Source of the DNA: a virus
Strand: one strand, 5' to 3'
IMG/VR virus record: IMGVR_UViG_3300047318_000369
Location: 1-64,000 of that record
DNA length: 64,000 nucleotides
The translations under genes were made by a program, and so were the position numbers. Position 1 is the stretch's first letter, and each line of letters begins with the position of its first letter. Below the pieces are notes generated by a model that ran no database searches, was not told the origin of the DNA, and saw only the letters and a program-made list of their open reading frames with translations. Positions 9,902 through 20,102 of the stretch are shown piece after piece.

Positions 9902-10380
9902 TGCCGGATATTTCGGAGCTCTTGGCAGGGGCGTCGCCGCGCGAGGTCACCGTTCAGGTGTGTCTTGCGGGCGACGTGGGCGCCGAACTGGAGGCGCTGG
10001 AAGCTGAGTTGGGGCAGTTGGGGGAGTGGCATTCGACGTCGCTGGGTGAGGTGAATCCGGCCTACGAGCTTCAGGAGCGTCTCACGGCGGCCCGGGAGCG
10101 GGCGCGGGATGCGGCGGTCGAGTTCCGGTTCCGGGCGTTGGGGCATCGCGCCTACAGCAACCTGCTGGCCGCCCATCCGGCACCGGAGGGTTCGAAGGGG
10201 CAGCCCTACGACGCGGGCACGTTTCTGCCCGCAGTCCTGGCAGTCTGCTGTGTCGAGCCGTCCCTGACCCCGGCGCAGGTGGACCGGCTGTTGGACGTCG
10301 TCAACGACGGCACTGCGCGGACCTTGTTCGCTGCGGCGCTCGCCGTGAACGAGGAGCCGAGCCCGGTCCCTTTCTTGTAG
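9901..10380 (+). CDS. tail assembly chaperone (G-like)
   Basis: Follows major tail gene; ends in slippery heptamer C CCT TTC (10368-10374). Confidence 0.78.
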   Translation: MPDISELLAGASPREVTVQVCLAGDVGAELEALEAELGQLGEWHSTSLGEVNPAYELQERLTAARERARDAAVEFRFRALGHRAYSNLLAAHPAPEGSKGQPYDAGTFLPAVLAVCCVEPSLTPAQVDRLLDVVNDGTARTLFAAALAVNEEPSPVPFL

Positions 10381-10733
10381 CCCGCCTACGGGATCACCGG
10401 CTCCCGTACCGGCGGGAAGTCGAGGCGGCCCGGGCGTGGGGCATTCCCCGCAGCATTCTCCTCGGCCGCCCGCAGCCTGGCCCTGGTGAGCCGTTGTGGC
10501 TGCCGGAGGACCGTTGGTGGGCGATGGCCCTGTTGGAGGCCGAATCCGGCCTGTGCGGGGACTGCGGGCATTCGCTCGCCGAGACGACGCATGCCGACAA
10601 CGAGTACGCCTACGACGCGTCAATCACGAAATGCCACGCCTGCCTGGCCGGTGCACGGCGGGTGGCAGCGCACCAGGAAGACGGCGGCAAGACCGACGGC
10701 CTGAAGGTGTCGGTGTTCCGGAGGGAGTCGTAA
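10368..10733 (+). CDS. -1 frameshift extension of tail assembly chaperone (GT-like)
   Basis: The -1 frame is open from the slippery site to TAA 10733 (LVARLRDHRLPYRREVEAARAWG...CGDCGH...CHAC). Confidence 0.72.
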   Translation, partial: PFLVARLRDHRLPYRREVEAARAWGIPRSILLGRPQPGPGEPLWLPEDRWWAMALLEAESGLCGDCGHSLAETTHADNEYAYDASITKCHACLAGARRVAAHQEDGGKTDGLKVSVFRRES

Positions 10734-11110
10734 TGGCTGGCATCGACGTGATTGGCCTCACTGTGGTCGTGGACGACCTGGGGACCTTCGCGGAGCGGCT
10801 GAGGGTGAACGTCGGGAAGGCCGTCACGGTCACCAGCCGGAAGGTGCGGGACGACGCCCGTGGCCGGATCAGGGGCCACAAGTACCTGCCCGCCTACCCG
10901 TATTCGATCACCTACGACGTCAAGGTCACGCCTGTAGGTGTCGAGGGCGAGATCGGCCCGGACAAGGGGCGGTCCCAGGGCCCGCTCGGAAACATCATCG
11001 AGTACGGCACCAGCAAGAACGCACCCATTCCACACCTCGGCCCCGCACTGGATGCGAACGCCGACGATCTGGTCACCGGCATCGAAATCGCCGTGCATCA
11101 GGCCATGTAG
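10733..11110 (+). CDS. HK97 gp10-like tail completion protein
   Basis: IEYGTSKNAPIPHLGPA motif; TAATG coupling. Confidence 0.75.
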   Translation: MAGIDVIGLTVVVDDLGTFAERLRVNVGKAVTVTSRKVRDDARGRIRGHKYLPAYPYSITYDVKVTPVGVEGEIGPDKGRSQGPLGNIIEYGTSKNAPIPHLGPALDANADDLVTGIEIAVHQAM

Positions 11111-11134
11111 AAGCACGTGAAGGACAGGGAACCC

Positions 11135-11737
11135 ATGACCACTTCGAGCAGGAAGCCGCCCGCGCGTCGGGCTGCGAAGCCCGCGCTGACGTTCGCTGAC
11201 GTGCGGGCCAAGATCCAGCGCCCCCGACAGATCGTCGACATGGTGCTGGACGCCGAGGCCGCCGCCGAGATCGGCGCCCTTGAGCAGCTCCTGGAGCGGG
11301 CGCAGCGGCACGACGAAGCCAACGGTGCGGAGACCGCCCGTGACGTCGCCAAGCACCTCCAGGAGGTGGAGGAGCAGGCGGAGGCATCAAGGGTGCGGTT
11401 CGCGCTGGAGGCCATCACGCACCGCGCCTACCAGGCGCTGAGGGCCGAGCATCCGCCGACGAAGGAGCAGATCGAGACGGCGGCAAGGCGGGGTGGCAAC
11501 GAAGAGCCCGCCTTCGATCCGGACGCGTTCGCTCCCGCCCTCGTCGAGGCTCAGCTGGTCGAGCCGAAGCCCGAGACGCCGGAGGAGTTCGCCGCGTTCT
11601 GGGATGACCTCTCCGACGGCCAACTCGGCCAGCTCTGGCAGGCCGCGATCAGCGTCCAGTTCCAGACCGGCGAACTCGGGCCGCCCTCACAAGCCGCCGC
11701 CGACATCCTCCGCTCCTTCGGGATGGCCACCGGCTGA
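11135..11737 (+). CDS. second tail assembly chaperone-like protein
   Basis: VRFALEAITHRAYQALRAEHPP resembles VEFRFRALGHRAYSNLLAAHPA of 9901-10380; precedes tape measure. Confidence 0.62.
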   Translation: MTTSSRKPPARRAAKPALTFADVRAKIQRPRQIVDMVLDAEAAAEIGALEQLLERAQRHDEANGAETARDVAKHLQEVEEQAEASRVRFALEAITHRAYQALRAEHPPTKEQIETAARRGGNEEPAFDPDAFAPALVEAQLVEPKPETPEEFAAFWDDLSDGQLGQLWQAAISVQFQTGELGPPSQAAADILRSFGMATG

Positions 11738-11774
11738 CCTGCCTCTACGCAATAACTGAAGATCGGGGGCAGCC

Positions 11775-14700
11775 GTGGCCGACCGTACCGTGCGCGTCCG
11801 CGTGATCGCCGAGATGCCCGGCTTCGGCACCATCGTTCGCACCGGAACCGGCGAACTGATTGCCCTCGGGGATGCCTCCCTGGTCGCTGGGCGCGGCATC
11901 CGGGCCCTCGGCGCGGACGGCGCGGCGGCCCGTACCGGTCTGATGGCGATGGGTGCAGGCGCACGCGGCGGCGCGGCAGGCGTCGGGGAGGCTGACGCGG
12001 CGGCCCTGGCGGCACGCCGCGGCACTCGGGCCTTGCGTGACGAGACCGCGCTCGCGCCCGCAGCCTTCGGACGGATGGGCTCTGCGGCCCGCACCGGCAT
12101 GGGCTCGGTCCGCTCCGGCGTCGAATCCGTTCTCGGCCCCGTCAAGCACCTCGGCGCCCTCCTGGCGGGCGGGGCGATCCTGTTCGGCCTGCACGACATC
12201 GTCCACGCGGGCAACGAGTACACCGACGCGATGAACAAGTTCCTTGAGGTCACGCGGGCCTCAGGGGCACAGATGTCGTCGGCGGGCCGTGAAGCGCAGG
12301 CGCTCGGCGCGGACATGAAACTCCCCAGCGCGAACGCGGCCGAGGCCGCCGACGCGATGGTCGAGTTGGCCAAGGCGGGCCTGTCGGCACAGGACGCCAT
12401 CCGGGCCGCCCGAGGCACCATCCAGCTCTCCGCCGCCGCTCGAACCGACGTCGCGACCGCGGCGAAGATCGAGGGCGACATCATGGACCAGTTCGCCCTC
12501 AAATCCACTGAGGCGACCCATGTCGCGGACGTCCTCGCCAACACGTCGAACTCGGCGTCCGGCGAACTCATGGACATCTACTACGCGATGAAATACGTGG
12601 GCCCCATCGCCCACACCATGGGCATCTCCATCAAGGACACCGCCACCGCAGTCGGCCTCCTCGGCAAGTCCGGCATCATCGGCGAAACCGCCGGTACCGC
12701 CCTGCGGTCGGCGCTGGTCAACATGGCGAAGCCGACGAAACTCGCCTCGAAGGGCCTGCACGAACTCGGCATTGAAGCGTTCGACAGCAAGGGCAACTTC
12801 AAGGGCCTCCAGTACGTCATCACGCAACTCGGCGACGCCTCCCACCACCTGACGACACAGCAGTTCACGGCAGCCGCCGCGATGGCGTTCGGCAAACCCG
12901 CCCTTGCGGGCATGGTGGCGCTCGCCCACCAGGGCGGCACCGCATTCCAGCAGTTCGGCGTCCAGGTCGGCCGCGTAGGCGGCGCCGCAGCCCTGGCGGC
13001 AGCGGAGTCGAAAGGTCTGGGCGGCGCCATGCGCGGCCTCGGCAAGCAGCTCCAATCCGCCTTCCTCCAGGTGTACTTGGGCGTCGCGCCCGGCCTGGAG
13101 AAGATCACCCGGTCGATGACGAAGGGCGTCTCGGACGCCATCCCTTACATCAAGGGCGGCATCCGCATCGCCGGAGACCTGTGGGACATCTACGGGCCAG
13201 CGGTCGAAGCCAAGCTGCATGCGGCGTCGAGCGGCATCGGCAAAGCAGCCGCGAGCCTGGCGAACCCGGTGAAGGCGGCGCTCAGTGGGGCACTCGTCGC
13301 CGCGGTACCGCTGGCCATCACCTCCGTGCAGTCGCTGGAGGAGGTGCTCAGTAACGCCGGTGCTGCAGCTGCACCGCTCGTCGGCGGCATGCATGACCTG
13401 CTCACATCCGTCTCCTCGGGGGCGGGCACCCTCGGCGTGGCCACAGGACGGCTGCAAGTCGGCGTCGGCCTGATCGGCGACATGTCCGGCATCCTGCGGC
13501 CGATCGGCGAGCTGGTGGGCGGCATCGCCCACGCTTTCGCCGGACTCCCCGGACCCATTCAACTGTCCGTCCTTTCGATGATCGCAATGAGGCCGTTCCG
13601 CGGCCAGATCCAGGGAATGCGTGACACGGTTGTCGGCTACGGCCGTTCCGCCGTCACGTCGTTCAACGGCGTGCGCGGCGCCATGCAGACACAGCAGATG
13701 CTTGCCTCGCAGGCCGGGATATCGCTTGGGCGTTGGGGGTCGGGGCTCGCCGCTCTGCAAGCCCGCTCCCCGGCCATCGCCGCTATGGGTGCGAGCTTCC
13801 GCACCGCATCGACCGGCATTCAGGAGGCGGGCGGACGGCTGGTCGGCCTCCGGTCAGCGGCCGGAGGCGCCATGGCCGCCCTCGGAACGGGCGCCGGCCG
13901 CGGCCTGATGGGTGCGGCCCGCGGCCTGTACGGCTTCCTCGGAGGACCGTGGGGTATCGCCATCGCGGGCGCCATGGTCGGCCTCGACATGCTGGCCCAG
14001 AAGCAGCAGGCAGCCGCGGCAGCAACTGCCGCGCATCAGCAGCGTGTCACCGGGCTGGCCCAGGCGCTGCAGGAGTCCGCCGGGGCAATGGATGGCGGTG
14101 TGCGTGCGGCAGCCGTCCAGATCATCTCCGACGCCAAGCTGCGGGACGGCAAGACCCAGCTGCTGGACGTCACCTCAAAGGCCGGTCTCACCGCCCAGCA
14201 GGTGACGGACGCATACCTGGGCGAGGGAACCAGCGTCCAGCAACTGGCGCAGAAGTACAAAGACCTGGCGAAAACCAAGATGGATGAGGCGTTCTCCAAG
14301 GAGTCGCCTAGCGCAAGGAATCACAGCGCCGAATACAACAGCCTCATCGAGCAGGCAAATTCCTACGCTGCGGCGGGCAACGCACTCGGCGGCCTGTCGG
14401 GCGAGTTCGACGCGGCCGGAAAGAAGGCGAAGGACGTGGCCGCCGCCGTCAAGGGGTCGGGTGCTGCAGCGTTGGACGCGACCGACCCCACCGGCAGGCT
14501 GCAGACCGCCATTAAGACCCTCGGCGACTCCGCATCGGATGCGGACACGAAGGCGCGCGCGTTGCACACCGCCCTCGACCTGCTGTCAGGCGGCGAACTC
14601 GACGTGCAGGCAGCGGTCGCCAACATGAACCAGGCGCTCCTCGACCTCAACGGCAGCTACAAGGACGGCGTCGACCACTCCAACGGCTACGGCAAAGCCC

Positions 14701-17090
14701 TGCTACAGGTCGACGGATCACTCAACACGACGTCGGAGAACGGGCAGGGCCTGTGGACCAAGCTGCAGGCCCTGAACGAGCAGACGGCTGGAGCGGCGCA
14801 GTCGACATACGATTTCGCGCGCGCCAACAGCGAAGGCGTCGTCCCGGCCTTGAAGCAGGCCGAGGGCCGCATGCAGAAGTCGTGGGAGGCGGCGGTCACG
14901 GCGGGGGAGAAGTTCGGGCTGACCGCCGATCAGGCGAAGGTGTTGGCGGCACAGATGGGATTCATCCCGTCGTCGCTGGCCATCACCATGTCGACGCCAG
15001 GTCTCAGTGAGACCCAGAAGCAACTGCTGTATGTGCAGGGCCTGGCCGGGCACATGCCGAAGGGGTCGACGATCCGGGTGTCGGCACTCACTGCCGAGGC
15101 GAAGAAGGACATCGAGGACGTCGGCTTCAAGGTGAAGACCCTGCCTGGCGGACGACAGATGGAGATCACCGCGCCGACCGGCAAGGCTGCCGCCGCATTG
15201 GACGCGCTGATCGCGATCAAGTTGCCAGCGAAGACCGTGAGCGTCAATGCGAAGACCGCCGCTACGATCGCCGCTCTCCAGGCAGTCAAGGGCCAGCTCG
15301 CTGGCGTCCCGCGCGGCAAGTCCATCACCATCACGGCACCGTCCGGGGCTGCGATCACCGCGCTCCGCAAGATCGGCTTCAACGTCACATCGCTGCCCCA
15401 CAAGCAAGTCCGGGTCACCGTGCCGACCGGATCAGCATTCAGCTCGACCGCCGCAATCCAGCGGTATATCAACAACCTGCACGGCAAGACCGTCACCAAC
15501 TACGTCAACTCGATCGTGACCACGACGAAGAAGTCCGTCCACGAGGTCGTCGGCAAGGCCGACGGCGGCATCGTCAGCTTCTACGCCGACGGCGGCATGC
15601 ACGAGAACCACGTCGCACAGATCGCCCGCAAGGGCACCTACCGGGTATGGGCGGAGGACGAGGCTGGGGACGAGGCCTACATTCCCCTCAACCCGGCGAA
15701 GCGTGGCCGCTCCCGGCAGATCGCCGCGCAGACCGTCAGCCGTCTCGGCGGGGCTGTCGCCTGGTACGCCAACGGCGGTCTGAGCGGCTTCACGTACACG
15801 CCGAGCGGCCAGCCGGTGCTCGGCGGGCCGTCGGACGCCAAGTCGCGCTACGACCAGGACGTTCAGCGCCTGAAGGACGCCTGGGGTGTCCTCAACACGG
15901 CGCTGAAAGAGCAGAAGAAGGCCGCCGACAGCCTCACCGCAGCCGAGAAGAATTTGTCGAAGGTCCGCCACCAGCACCACACGGCAGCCCAACTGCGGGC
16001 CGCCGAGGACCGTGTCGAGAAGGCGAAGTCGGCGAAGAAGACCAGAGACAAGACGGTCAGCGCCGACCGGCAGAAGGTGTACGCCGCGGATTCGGCCCTC
16101 GGCGTGAAGAGGGGGGCGAAGGCGCCCACCGGCTTCGACCTGAAGGCCTACGAGAAGCAGCTCAACGCGTCCGTCGCGGCAACGGACAAGTGGCGCACCA
16201 ACCTGTCGAAGATCTCCAAGCGGGGCGGTGCTGAGGTTGAATCCCTCCTGGAGAACATGGGCCAGGACGGTTACGCCCTCGTCAACTCGCTGGCTGGAGC
16301 GTCCACCAAACAGTTCAACGACATCGTCAAGAAGCTGCAGAAGACCGGCGACGTCGCCAAGGCCACGCTCGCCGACTTCGACAAGCAGCTCAACGCGTCC
16401 ACCCAGCAGAACCAGCAGTTCGCGGCCGACCTGCAGAAGCTGGCGGCAGAAGGATTCGGCGATCTGGCCTCGGCCCTCGCGGCACAGGGCGACTCCAACG
16501 CGATGACTCTCGCCCACGAGGCGGCAGGCAACAGCAAGAGCGCCTCAGCGGCCAACAAGAACGTCACCAAGGCGCAGGCCACGCTGACCGGCGACGACCT
16601 GACGAACTCGCTGATCCTGCTATCCACGCTGCGTGGCGGGACGGGCCGCGGCTACGCCGACCTCATCGCGGCAGGCCTCGGCACCGACGTCATCAAGGCC
16701 CTCGTGCCGAAAATGACCAAGCAGATCGGCGCGTTGCCCGACGCCAACAAGTCGGCGTTCGTGCGGCAGTGGGTGTCGCAGGGCGGCCAGCCGATGGCGC
16801 TCGGCGGCATCCTCACCCGTCCGACCCCGGTCCTCGCCGGCGAGGCCGGTGTCCCCGAGGCGTTCATTCCGCTCACCGGCACCGTGCGCAGCCGGGCCCT
16901 GCTCGCCGCATCCGCCGCAGCGCTCGGCTACCACCTGGTCCCCGCCAGCCGGTGGGCGAGCCACAGCTACAGCGACATGCGGAGTGGAGGCCAGGGCGAC
17001 CGGATCAACAACATCACCCTCAACGGCGCCAAGCAGACCACCGCCGAACAGGCAATGGACATCGCCCGCCACATGGCATTCGTCGGCTGA
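11775..17090 (+). CDS. tape measure protein
   Basis: 1771 aa, Ala/Gly-rich; TP901-type core (AGTALRSAL, FKGLQ); C-terminal ADGG / GEAG-PEAFIPL motifs. Confidence 0.95.
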   Translation: MADRTVRVRVIAEMPGFGTIVRTGTGELIALGDASLVAGRGIRALGADGAAARTGLMAMGAGARGGAAGVGEADAAALAARRGTRALRDETALAPAAFGRMGSAARTGMGSVRSGVESVLGPVKHLGALLAGGAILFGLHDIVHAGNEYTDAMNKFLEVTRASGAQMSSAGREAQALGADMKLPSANAAEAADAMVELAKAGLSAQDAIRAARGTIQLSAAARTDVATAAKIEGDIMDQFALKSTEATHVADVLANTSNSASGELMDIYYAMKYVGPIAHTMGISIKDTATAVGLLGKSGIIGETAGTALRSALVNMAKPTKLASKGLHELGIEAFDSKGNFKGLQYVITQLGDASHHLTTQQFTAAAAMAFGKPALAGMVALAHQGGTAFQQFGVQVGRVGGAAALAAAESKGLGGAMRGLGKQLQSAFLQVYLGVAPGLEKITRSMTKGVSDAIPYIKGGIRIAGDLWDIYGPAVEAKLHAASSGIGKAAASLANPVKAALSGALVAAVPLAITSVQSLEEVLSNAGAAAAPLVGGMHDLLTSVSSGAGTLGVATGRLQVGVGLIGDMSGILRPIGELVGGIAHAFAGLPGPIQLSVLSMIAMRPFRGQIQGMRDTVVGYGRSAVTSFNGVRGAMQTQQMLASQAGISLGRWGSGLAALQARSPAIAAMGASFRTASTGIQEAGGRLVGLRSAAGGAMAALGTGAGRGLMGAARGLYGFLGGPWGIAIAGAMVGLDMLAQKQQAAAAATAAHQQRVTGLAQALQESAGAMDGGVRAAAVQIISDAKLRDGKTQLLDVTSKAGLTAQQVTDAYLGEGTSVQQLAQKYKDLAKTKMDEAFSKESPSARNHSAEYNSLIEQANSYAAAGNALGGLSGEFDAAGKKAKDVAAAVKGSGAAALDATDPTGRLQTAIKTLGDSASDADTKARALHTALDLLSGGELDVQAAVANMNQALLDLNGSYKDGVDHSNGYGKALLQVDGSLNTTSENGQGLWTKLQALNEQTAGAAQSTYDFARANSEGVVPALKQAEGRMQKSWEAAVTAGEKFGLTADQAKVLAAQMGFIPSSLAITMSTPGLSETQKQLLYVQGLAGHMPKGSTIRVSALTAEAKKDIEDVGFKVKTLPGGRQMEITAPTGKAAAALDALIAIKLPAKTVSVNAKTAATIAALQAVKGQLAGVPRGKSITITAPSGAAITALRKIGFNVTSLPHKQVRVTVPTGSAFSSTAAIQRYINNLHGKTVTNYVNSIVTTTKKSVHEVVGKADGGIVSFYADGGMHENHVAQIARKGTYRVWAEDEAGDEAYIPLNPAKRGRSRQIAAQTVSRLGGAVAWYANGGLSGFTYTPSGQPVLGGPSDAKSRYDQDVQRLKDAWGVLNTALKEQKKAADSLTAAEKNLSKVRHQHHTAAQLRAAEDRVEKAKSAKKTRDKTVSADRQKVYAADSALGVKRGAKAPTGFDLKAYEKQLNASVAATDKWRTNLSKISKRGGAEVESLLENMGQDGYALVNSLAGASTKQFNDIVKKLQKTGDVAKATLADFDKQLNASTQQNQQFAADLQKLAAEGFGDLASALAAQGDSNAMTLAHEAAGNSKSASAANKNVTKAQATLTGDDLTNSLILLSTLRGGTGRGYADLIAAGLGTDVIKALVPKMTKQIGALPDANKSAFVRQWVSQGGQPMALGGILTRPTPVLAGEAGVPEAFIPLTGTVRSRALLAASAAALGYHLVPASRWASHSYSDMRSGGQGDRINNITLNGAKQTTAEQAMDIARHMAFVG

Positions 17091-17105
17091 CAGGGAGGGG
17101 GCGCG

Positions 17106-17978
17106 GTGCCATTCACGGCAGGACAAGACCTCGGCGGAGTCTGGGCCGACCTCGGCGCTATCCAACTCGGCCGGGTCGACGCCAACGGGGTCGCCTGGGC
17201 GTTGCAGGATCTGCAGGGCTGGGACGGCTCCGAGGTCCGGTCCGAATACACCGACCGGGAGGCCGACCATGGATCGTGGGCGTCACCCGTCTACCTCGGG
17301 TCGCGGCCCATCACTCTGGCCGGCAACATCACCGCCCCGGACCGGCCAAGCTTGGAGAGTGCACTGGAGCAGCTGCGGTCGGCGGCTGCGCTGACCGACA
17401 CCACGCTGGTGGTGTACGAACTGACGTCACCAAAGCAAGCCGTGGTGCGCCGGTCCGGGAAACCCCTGTTCGCCTACATCACGGACCGGATCGCCACCTA
17501 CAGCGTGCTCGTGACGGCCGGGGATCCGCGCCGCTACAGCACCACCCTGCAGACCGGAACGACGGGCCTGCCCAGCACGACGGGCGGCCTCACCTTCCCG
17601 ATCACCTTCCCGGTCACGTTCTCGGCGACAACCGTGTCCGGGCAGATCGGCGCCGTCAACTCCGGCTCCATAGAGACCCGGCCGATCCTGACGATCGCCG
17701 GGCCCGTGGTGGCGCCCACCGTGTCCGCCCTATACCCGGACGGCACGGTGCGGCAGCTCATCTACTCACTCGACCTGGCGTCCGGCGACGTCCTGACCAT
17801 CGACACCGACGCCCACACCGTGCTGCTCAACGGCTCCGTATCCCGGCGCCGTTTCATGTCGGTGCCGTCCGGATGGCCCACGATCCCGGCCGGGGCGTCT
17901 GTCAGCTATCAGTTCCAGAGCTCGACCTACAACGCGAGCGCAATGCTGACCGCCCAATGGCGCTCGGCGTGGATGTGA
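17106..17978 (+). CDS. distal tail protein
   Basis: Follows tape measure; GLTFPITFP and terminal WRSAW motifs. Confidence 0.78.
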   Translation: MPFTAGQDLGGVWADLGAIQLGRVDANGVAWALQDLQGWDGSEVRSEYTDREADHGSWASPVYLGSRPITLAGNITAPDRPSLESALEQLRSAAALTDTTLVVYELTSPKQAVVRRSGKPLFAYITDRIATYSVLVTAGDPRRYSTTLQTGTTGLPSTTGGLTFPITFPVTFSATTVSGQIGAVNSGSIETRPILTIAGPVVAPTVSALYPDGTVRQLIYSLDLASGDVLTIDTDAHTVLLNGSVSRRRFMSVPSGWPTIPAGASVSYQFQSSTYNASAMLTAQWRSAWM

Positions 17979-17988
17979 GGAGGCGTTC

Positions 17989-19017
17989 ATGCCAATAGAC
18001 CCGTGGGCAATCGACGGTCTGGCGTTTTCGGGCCTGGAAGCCCGGCTCGTCGAATCCCTGGCCGTCATGGGCAACGGAAGCGCCCTCGGCGCCACTTCCG
18101 GCGTCCGGCCCGGCGACCCTGGCCTCACCGTCACGCTGGCCGGCACCACCATCAACTGCTCTGCCGGCGTGGCGGCTGTCGCCTACAGCGGGCAGGGCGT
18201 GTACCGGTGCGCATTCCCCTCGTCCGTGTCGCCCGGCGTCTACACGGCGGCGCACGCGACCCTGAACAGAATCGACCTCGTCTACCTGCGGGTGTGGGAC
18301 AACTCCGTCGACGCGTCCGGCCTCAACAAAGCGGACATCGTCTACCTGGCGGGCACCCCGTCGTCGACACCGGTCGCGCCCACCCCCGCCGGTACGCAGA
18401 TCTACATGCCGCTCGCCACGATCACCGTCCTGTCGGTGTCCAACGGCGGCACGGCCAGCGTGTCGACCGCGGTCCGGCCGTACACCGTGGCGCCGGGCGG
18501 CATCCTGCCCGCCACAACCGCGCCGACGGGCCTGTACGTCGGCCAGTACTACGACAACGCCACCGGCCTGCTGCGCTGGAACGGCAGCGCGTGGCGGCAG
18601 ATCAGCCCCTACACGCCGCTCTCCCAGGCACAGATCAGTCAGCCCGGCTCGTTCACGGCCGGCCCTTTCACGGACTTTCCCTCGGGGAACTGGCCGACGC
18701 TCAGCTTCACCGTGCCACCCAGCGGGCTGGTGTGGATCAGTATCGGGGGCGCCGTCATGAATACGAACACAACCACGTCGTCGGGCTGGATGGCGTGGCG
18801 CGCCTCCGGGGGCGTCACTGAGACCGCGTCCGAAGCCAACGGCCTGTCAACGGTCGGCGCCCGCACCTACGCCACCCGCCGCGTCCTGCGCTCCTGGACA
18901 CCCGGCGCATCCGTGGTGCTCACCCCGCAATACCTGTTCAGCTCGGTCGGCACCCTGACCACCACCACCCGGGCCGACAACGGACTGCTCACCGTCGAAC
19001 CCGTCGCCACCGCATGA
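17989..19017 (+). CDS. minor tail protein
   Basis: NRIDLVYLRV motif; Thr/Ser-rich; synteny. Confidence 0.72.
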   Translation: MPIDPWAIDGLAFSGLEARLVESLAVMGNGSALGATSGVRPGDPGLTVTLAGTTINCSAGVAAVAYSGQGVYRCAFPSSVSPGVYTAAHATLNRIDLVYLRVWDNSVDASGLNKADIVYLAGTPSSTPVAPTPAGTQIYMPLATITVLSVSNGGTASVSTAVRPYTVAPGGILPATTAPTGLYVGQYYDNATGLLRWNGSAWRQISPYTPLSQAQISQPGSFTAGPFTDFPSGNWPTLSFTVPPSGLVWISIGGAVMNTNTTTSSGWMAWRASGGVTETASEANGLSTVGARTYATRRVLRSWTPGASVVLTPQYLFSSVGTLTTTTRADNGLLTVEPVATA

Positions 19018-20102
19018 CCGCAACCCCGGTTGAGCTGGCCTGGTTCGGCTGCGACCTGCGGACCGGCGGCATCGTCGAAGACCTCCGCTCGATCAAACCG
19101 ACCGGGGCGCTCACCCGGAAACTCGGCGACTCGACCACCCTGCAGTTCGAGCTCAACATTCCCGGCGCCCCCGCAGGATGGGATGCGGCCACAGCCCAGG
19201 GGCGGAGCATGCTGGTCGCCGTCGACACGGCCACCAATACACCGATCTGGGCGGGCGCCATCCTGACCCGCACAGGCGGCAGCTCACAGACCGTGCAGAT
19301 CGGCGCCATCACCCTTGAGGGCTACCTCAACAGCCGCTACCCGGGCGATCAGACCCTCATCGGCACGGATCAGGCCACCGTCATCGGCGCGCTCGTCACT
19401 CCGGCCCTTACCTCCGGGCCGCCCATCGTCATCGACGCACCCAGCATCGGCGTCACCATGGACTACACGACCGTCGACGGCGACGACAAAACCATCCTGA
19501 CCTGCATACAAGAAGTCATGAGCCTCGACGGTGGCCCCGAATGGACCGTCGATGTCGCATGGAACGGCACCCAGGGATTCCAGTTCCCGCTGCGTGTCCG
19601 CGCCGCGATCGGAACCCAGGCGAGCCCACCCGAAGCCACCTTCGACTTCCCGGGCTGCGTCGACGGCTACACGCTCACCGAATCCTACGAAGCGGGCAAA
19701 GGCGCCACCCGTGTCATCGCCCGAGGTGAGGGTGAAGGCACCTCTCGGCTCACCTCCATCGTCCACGAGGCGACCGCACTGATCGCCAACGGCTGGCCCG
19801 CATGGGACTACCGCTACACGCCCGCGACGGGAATCGACGACCCCGACCAGCTGGACGCGCACGCCACACAGTCCCTGGCCCTCATGCAGTTGGGCGCCCA
19901 AGTCTGGTCCGTTGAAGCCGTCGCCTCCCGCGCGCCACGACTCGGCCGCGACTGGAACCTCGGCGACACCGTCCGCCTCGCCGTCGAAACCGGCCGATCC
20001 CCCCGCCACCCGCAAGGCGCCGACGTCACCGCCCGCTGCTGGTCCTGGGAACTCGACCCCGACGGCGACAAGGTCCGGCCCATCCTCGTAGAGGAGAGCT
20101 GA
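19014..20102 (+). CDS. minor tail / baseplate hub protein
   Basis: PIWAG and LGDTV motifs; synteny. Confidence 0.7.
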   Translation: MTATPVELAWFGCDLRTGGIVEDLRSIKPTGALTRKLGDSTTLQFELNIPGAPAGWDAATAQGRSMLVAVDTATNTPIWAGAILTRTGGSSQTVQIGAITLEGYLNSRYPGDQTLIGTDQATVIGALVTPALTSGPPIVIDAPSIGVTMDYTTVDGDDKTILTCIQEVMSLDGGPEWTVDVAWNGTQGFQFPLRVRAAIGTQASPPEATFDFPGCVDGYTLTESYEAGKGATRVIARGEGEGTSRLTSIVHEATALIANGWPAWDYRYTPATGIDDPDQLDAHATQSLALMQLGAQVWSVEAVASRAPRLGRDWNLGDTVRLAVETGRSPRHPQGADVTARCWSWELDPDGDKVRPILVEES

